Shown: positions 57,089-64,000 of the stretch, one piece after another | How positions within the stretch are numbered: position 1 is the stretch's first letter | Layout: each line of letters begins with the position of its first letter | Origin: the human T2T-CHM13v2.0 reference genome, Homo sapiens | NCBI RefSeq assembly: GCF_009914755.1 | Contig: NC_060925.1 | Reading direction: 5' to 3' (one strand) | Length of the DNA stretch: 64,000 nucleotides | Translations under genes and position numbers: made by a program | The notes under the pieces: model-generated | The model's database searches: none | What the model was told of the DNA's origin: nothing | Seen by the model: only the letters and a program-made list of their open reading frames with translations

Positions 57089-57460
57089 AACTCATGCTGA
57101 TATAATTGAGAACATCTTATACATCCTGGTTCGAACATTTTCTCCCTGCCATTTTGAGTTGTTCTAGTGGTATATGAAGGAGGCTGGGATAACTAGCTTG
57201 AAAGAAATTCAGTCTAGTTATAGACATCTTTGGCATTAATCTGATGTTTACTAGTGATATCTCATGCTAGGCAGTTATGCTTTGCTTCTAGGGGCTTCTC
57301 TTTTTAAAACAAAAGAAAGCTCTTTTCGTTTTCTGTGTGCTGCATGCTCCAGTGTGTGTGTTTACACCATCGGTTCTTCTCCCTCTAGAGATTAGCATAA
57401 CTCCCTTTGCTGTTGGATTGTTATTTTGAGCAATATGTTTTGGAAAGGTTGGTTTTCATC

Positions 57461-57467
57461 ATGAGTG
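57461..57467 (+). CDS. PRKACB: PKA Cbeta4-specific first coding exon (Met-Ser + 1 nt)
   Basis: catcATGAGTG|gtaagt: consensus donor, phase 1; matches the known Cbeta4 N-terminus MS. Confidence 0.88.
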
Positions 57468-59249
57468 GTAAGTATGCTCTCTGAGACTCTGCAGCTGTTT
57501 ATTTAAAAAATATATTTATAAGAGGAAAAAATATTTTTAAAGGGACAGTTATAAAGCCACAGCTACTGTGAATTATATTTTGTGGTGACGCTTTTGTACT
57601 TAGGCATTATAGTAAATTGCCTTCAAAAACCAGTAAGAACTGTAAACAATTAATGACACTATTAATAATCAATACCAATAATCAGTTTCTAATTTTCTTT
57701 ATGGTTCGATTTATTGTATTTGTTGGGCACTGTTATTAATTGTGTTATAAATTAGTAAGTAGACTAACCATAAGAGAGGATTTTCTTTTAGTATCTGATC
57801 CTGAAGATAATTAGTTTAACTTTCCTTTGATTAGCTTTGTCATTCCTAATGCTAATTTTTATTAGATTATTTTTATTAGATTTTTTAAATAGTAATTTTG
57901 AAAATAAGATGCTGCCAGAATTTTGTTGATGTCTTGGTTGCTTTTACCTACAATTTATTGAGAAATAAGGATTTAATGATGAAATAATTAGAGCATTTTG
58001 GTTTTGTAGGGTTTGTTAAAATTTTTAATAAACAGTTTTTGGGGGAAATAATTTTTTAGAATAAGTACACTTGTGACAACTAGTCTTTTTTGTTATAATG
58101 TGATTTATTTTTTCTAAATATTTCCAAAACTGTTTTTTTGAAAAAATATACTACAGTATGTACTGCAGTTTATCATAGGGTAAAAGCTGTCACTTCAAGC
58201 CAAACCTGCAGCTAAAAATAGATATCCTGTTGTTAGAGTGAAAAACATTTGCTTAGAGCATAATTCATTAGCATCTTTTGCTTAAATAAGATGCTTGGAA
58301 GTTAACCTTTGATTCAGATATTTTTAAGAGAAGTAGAATATGGTTTCTCTGATAACATAACAGTCCTATAATTTGCATTTATAAGATTTGGAATTGGAAT
58401 TTAGAAACTGAAAGGTGGATTTTTGCTGTATAATGATAGAATTCAAAATTGACGAACCTTTTCTTTCATAACTGGAGATCACCTCATTATAACCAATAAA
58501 TATTCTTTATCCTGCTACAGTACAATATAAACCTCTTAAACACTGTTATATATTTGTTTATAGAATAATATTAGATATTAAAGGGACATTTTAACATGCA
58601 AAATACTAAGAATTAACTGGATTGTTATTTTCCTGTTACTGAAATAGATCTGTTTTAAATAATCTGCTGTTTTAAATTTGAACGAATATTACAAAAACAA
58701 CTTAACATTCCTTAGGATTTCTATGGATATCAAACTGAATATACCTGGTTGTCATACATATATTTATTTGAATCAGGCCAATGCATATTTTCTCTTTGAA
58801 AATTTGGCATATAATCTAGAATCTTTAGGTAACCACCATGGTGTTCTGGAGGTTTTACAACAGGATGGATTGGATTTAGCTGAAGGAAAATGTTATTGCT
58901 TCACTATTGCTTTATTTTTCTTTAAAAAGCTATGCATTGTAGATAGCATTTGATATATTTGATCATATTGGCTTTCCCTTCTAGCCATTTTATACCACAA
59001 ATAATCATAGTAATCACAACTAGGTGTTCTGACTTTGTCGAGAATGCCCAATTTCAACTGATTTTAATCATGTCATAAATGGTTAAGTGTCCTAGCCATT
59101 TCAACTTGGAAAATTACAAGAGAAGTGTGGTTTTATTTGTAAAAATAAGCAAATGCTAGGCCTTTTAATCTAAGTCTGTAACTACACATGTGATATTTAT
59201 GTGTACATGGTACTTTTCTCGTTATAAGACTATTCCTTTTATCCTTTGC

Positions 59250-60155
59250 CAATTAAATGTTGGTTTTCTCTGAGAATCTATCTTTTGGCCTTCTTTTGAT
59301 GCTACATTTTCTCCAAAAAATCTCATCCATGCCTACATCTTCAGTCATTACCTGAACGTTCAGTTCAAAAGTGGATTTTCTTTTATCATCCCTAAATCTG
59401 CTCCATTTTCATTGACTCTGATATCTGTTAATGATCTCACTGCCCATACAGGAAGTGAAAACAGAAACCTTGGTCATTTCTAACTTGTTTCTTACCCTCA
59501 GACATGTACTCAGTCATTAAGTTCTATTGATTCTACATCAAAAATCACTCAATATTCTCCAGTCTTACTGACACTGGGATGGCTTCTAGATCTCTTCTCA
59601 ATCCTATTATAATAACTGCATTACTGGTCTCCCAGCTTCCAGTTTTATATCCTTCCAGGCCATTTTCCACACTGAAAATTTTAAAATGCAAATATGCCCA
59701 TTTTTTAAACTAACATGAAAACTTTCAGTTACTCCCTATTGCCTTTAAAATAAAAGTTAAACTCCTTATTAGGTCACATGCAATCAATGACTTACCTTTT
59801 TGGTTTTGTTTGCAAAATCTCTCTCACAAATTTTGATCTAGCCATACTATATTACATATAATTCCTTGCTACCTTTCCATATTTATAGTCTTTATCATAA
59901 AAATTTAGAGAACCAGTCATTACCTCCGACACTGACCCTGTGGAATTAGGTGATTTCTCTGTACTCCCAAAGCAAACTTACAAACTACAACAATTATTGT
60001 ATTATATTGAAATTATAAATTTGTATGTCACTTTCTAATCTCTAAATGTTGAACTCAAGTCAAGGACAGTGCCTTATTCATTGTATGTTTCTAGTAGTCA
60101 CCCCAGTACCCCAAACACAGCAAGGTACCCAATAAATACTTATAGAATTAATGAT
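59250..60155 (+). mobile_element. L2 LINE 3' fragment
   Basis: tctcatccatgcc; aagttctattgattctac; actggtctcccagcttcca; caaggacagtgccttattca; ccaataaatacttatagaattaatga. Confidence 0.75.
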
Positions 60156-61599
60156 AAACTAAATATAATTCATTTTTACATACTTGAACAGTTCCCTTAC
60201 ATTGCCAGTGAAAAATACCAGTGTGGGTTTTGACTTTTTTTGGTTCAGAAAAATACAATAACCATAGTATTTACTTGTTCCTTTATCAACTTTGTAGGAT
60301 GAAGTCATATAAAATGCTTAAGAAACTAAATTGTACCAGTCAGTACCTTTATCTTTCTAGTATTTAAAAAATTGGTTATATGTGAAAAGAGCCTTCACTT
60401 TCTAAATGTTTTTCTTACTCATAACTCTTTTTGTGAAGTTTTTGCCCTTGTTAAGCAAACAAGGTCTATAAAGAAATACTAAAGGAACTTCTCTGAAAAT
60501 CAGTCAAACTATTGTAAGGCCCTTATGTTTAGAGGTTGTAGCAACTCACTCAAATAAGCTTAAGCAGAAGAAGATACAGGTATTATTGGGATGCAGAGGA
60601 TGTCATGGAGCTCAAAGGCAAAAGTAGAGTTGAGCTGTTCCAAAGAGTAGAATTGATTTGGAAAGCTGACTGGAATCATAACAGTACCTTTCTCAGTTTT
60701 TCTCTCTGAGATCACATGACGTCTTTACTTTTTTCCTTGTATTTGCTTTATTATCCTCACTGTGTAGCGAATAGGTTTCTCTGATGCTTGTGCAAAATGG
60801 AGCTTAGTCATCTGAAAGCTTCAAAGTTTATGTGCTCTCCTAGTTCATGTGCTTTTTGATGTAACTAGCATCATTATATCAAAATCCTGGGTGAGAATCC
60901 TGGCCCAGCTGTAGTTGAGGGCAAATCTCTGAAGAAGAAGGCATGAATCTGCTATGAATTACAGCACCATACAGACTTGAATACCAACACTTCATTAATT
61001 TCCCTTTCTAGATTCTGACTGAAAATACTGTGAGAAAAAAAATTGGGAAAGCAGTACATCATTTCTGAAATTAAAGATGGTTATTTGCCCAAATATGTAC
61101 AGGATTTTGATGATCAGACTCCAAAGTCTAATTAACAGTTTTAACTTGAGTAGCTTTTCTTTATGGAAAAGAAAGAAATAATAGTTTCACCCTCACTAAC
61201 TGGGAGGGATGAGGAAAATAAGTGGAAGATCCAACACTGCTCATTACTTTCATTCTAAAACAGCTATAGTGGGACAACCAAGAATGTATTAGGCCTTTTC
61301 AAGTTGAAAAGTGGCCTCTCTTTAAATATAGAAGGCTCTTTCCTGACATAGAAGGCATCACTACCAGCAAGGAATCCTATAGTCCTGGCCACATTCCCAT
61401 TTATGAAGGTCACTGGATTACTTACCTGATAATGTAAATATGTGTACGCTAAATGATGTGAAGAGTTTAGTCTAACAGCATCTAAACAGGAAATGAGAAG
61501 GGCCAAAGAAAAACCACTTACCTTATTTGGGGCATTTGTAAAGTTTTGAAAAGCTTGTAATTGTTCTTGAATGAATAAAAAAGAAAAGCAACAATGTGG

Positions 61600-64000
61600 A
61601 ACCTATAAAAGAGGTTATACACCATAAAACGATAAAGTTACAGTCTCCAAGAGGTAGAGAATGAACTTATATTTAGAAAATATTTGTGCAGGAGAGTATA
61701 AACACAAAAAATTATAGATGCCATCTGTGTTAATTCTTAAAATTTCAAGTGAGCATGGAGTTAGTGAACTAAGACATGAAACAAAGATAAAACAAGAACC
61801 TAGAATGAAAAGATTACTGGCTGAGAGGCAGGAATGGAAAAGAAGCATAATGTTGTGATAGGAAAAAGTTGTAAGAAATAAACCTGGCATTTTTAGAATA
61901 TAAAGCTGCATTAGAGGCAATAAAAACCAGAATAATCATTGCAGAAAAGTAAATTAATAATGTGAAGATCTCTCCAGATAGACCCTAATAGAATGTAGAG
62001 GAAATGGACAAGATAAAAATTATAAGATGGAAAGTATGTTAAATAAAAGCAGGACAAGAAATTATAAAAGAAAATAAAAGGACATTTTACAAATTGAATG
62101 GATAGCATTCCACAGAACAGAGCAGATATGATTTATAGAACAGAAAAGCAGTAATCAAAAATATGATTCAGGAAAACTTGTTAGTTGAAGAAAAACTTGA
62201 ATCTTTAAATTGAAAGACCTCATTTTGTTTTGACAAGATTAACAAAGATGCCAATGCCTAAATATATCCTGGTGAGCATTTGGAATTTCCAGCATAAAAA
62301 AATGAAATCCATAAACATTCTGATGTCTTTGCATCTTACAATCTAACATGAAGCTTGTCCTATAAAGAAAAAAATGCAAAATTGGAGACTAGATAACTTA
62401 AAAATCTTTTGAGGGCAGAAATTATTTAAGATCAACAGCACCTTGAAATGCTGAATAAACTGTAACAAGTGCCCCTTTAAATGAATACCTGAATTTACCC
62501 TTTAAGTGAATTCTAATTTAATTAAAATTAAATAAATTCCCAAAGTGCAAAAATTGAAGTGGTAAATGAGAACCAGAGCTGTAAGGGGAAGCATACTTCA
62601 ACTGCCCTGAGGACATTTTTAGACCTTGGTGGGGCTTTCGTTTAAAATGGCCTAACAGAGATGGATGATAGGTTGTTTAATGCATACAGTTTAGGATTTC
62701 TTAGCCCCCTGTATAAAGCCAGGATCCTGCAAGGATCATAACCTCAGTGAAAGCATAGATGAGAAAATAAAACCTCTCCACTGACAAAAGGAGAAAATAA
62801 GGAAGCTTGTGTTTCTTGGCTTGGGTTCCTGGGAACAGGGGAGGGATGTGTGTGCATGTGTAGGATGCCTCTCCTGAGAATTTTTAATCAAGTGCCTCCT
62901 CTCAAGCAGGTTTCAGTTTTTAATCTGTATTAATTGTGTGGTCTAGGAACAACCAATAAAACACATTATCAGAAGAGTTGTAGGCTTGTAACATATACTC
63001 TACACCAGCTAATACAAAATCCTATACTGGGACACATTCTCAGACCAAGACCTGCAGGTTTCTCGCAGATAAAGCCCCAATGAACTTTGTGTTCACAATC
63101 CAAAAACAAAATACACACACACTTACACACATACTGCAAATGATATTTAGATACAACAGGATTAGAACCTGCCAATAATGTCACTAGACATAGTAAAATT
63201 ATCACATATGACTACTATATTAAATTAGTGACATAAAAATAAATATGAGGAAAAAATGTATGTAATTCTAACAGAGCCTTAAAATATACAAAACAAAATT
63301 GACCTATGTAGGAGAAATTTTATAGATATAGATAGAGAATTCTTACCCAGTAATTGAAGAATACATAGGAATATGTAGAACACTTACAAAATTAATAATA
63401 TGACTAAATGTATTCAACAAATTTCAAATGATTGATATACAGGCTACAGTATATCAATTCTTAATTACTTAACTACCACAAGGCAATTAAGTTCAATCAG
63501 TAATAAAAAGCTTTAAAAAAATCACACAAATGTATACATTTGGAGATTTAAACATTTTAAATAACTTACCAAATAATTAACTCGTAAATTTAAGGTGTAA
63601 CTATGTATCAGAACTTGTGGGGTGCAGCAAAAGTGGATATAGAGTTAAATTTTAAGTGCTCAAATTAGGAAAAAGAAAGACATTCATGATATAAGAAAAC
63701 AAGTTTAAAAAGCCACATGGTTAATCAAAAGAAGAAAGAAACTGATAAAGACGAGCAAAGATCAGTGGGTGGAATAGAAAATAAAGATACATGAGAATCA
63801 AAGGTTAGTTTATGGGAAAATATTTTAAAGTACTAAATAGAACTATACCTGTTTTAAAAATTGAATCACAGAATCTTTATGCAGAACTTAACAAAATTAG
63901 GACTGGAGAGTTTTACATACAAGTTTTAGGAAACCTTCAAAGAACAAAAACTTCAATCTTGTATGGAATTTTCCAGAGCATTGAAAAAGAGAAAATACTC
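61600..64000 (+). mobile_element. Highly decayed L1M fragments (ORF1-like, then ORF2-like)
   Basis: A-rich strand; caggaaaactt...gaatctttaaattgaaagacc; tatcagaacttgtggggtgcagcaaaagtg; tttaggaaaccttcaaagaacaaa. Confidence 0.6.

Noticed and set aside
57468-64000. PRKACB small exons a/b/c or exon 2
   Set aside because: I found no sequence encoding the expected peptides with flanking splice sites; they probably lie beyond the window end, though very short exons could be missed by eye

Overview
AT-rich, repeat-dense human (primate) genomic DNA, not prokaryotic. The window lies on the + strand inside the 5' part of PRKACB (protein kinase A catalytic subunit beta, human chr1p31.1). It contains three alternative first coding exons: Cbeta2 (36819-37005, MAAYREPPCNQY...LWDRS), Cbeta3 (56867-56876, MGL) and Cbeta4 (57461-57467, MS). 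Each ends in a phase-1 GT donor. I did not find the Cbeta1 first exon, the small a/b/c exons or the kinase-domain exons here. Most of the rest is decayed interspersed repeat: old L1s, 11 Alus, L2/MIR, two MER52-like solo LTRs, THE1/MST/MLT1 LTRs, a near full-length Tigger1, MADE1, MER2, MER3 and MER5. Almost all ORFs in the supplied track are repeat-derived or chance. I see no evidence for a wholly new biological system. The best leads are local: (1) RFX X-boxes at the Cbeta3/Cbeta4 promoters; (2) out-of-frame uORFs overlapping the Cbeta2 and Cbeta4 start codons; (3) acceptor-like sites just before the Cbeta3/Cbeta4 ATGs; (4) an inverted duplicate that preserves the empty site of an LTR insertion; (5) a 166-bp tandem duplication upstream of Cbeta2. 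Repeat subfamily names and most repeat boundaries are recognised by eye and are approximate.
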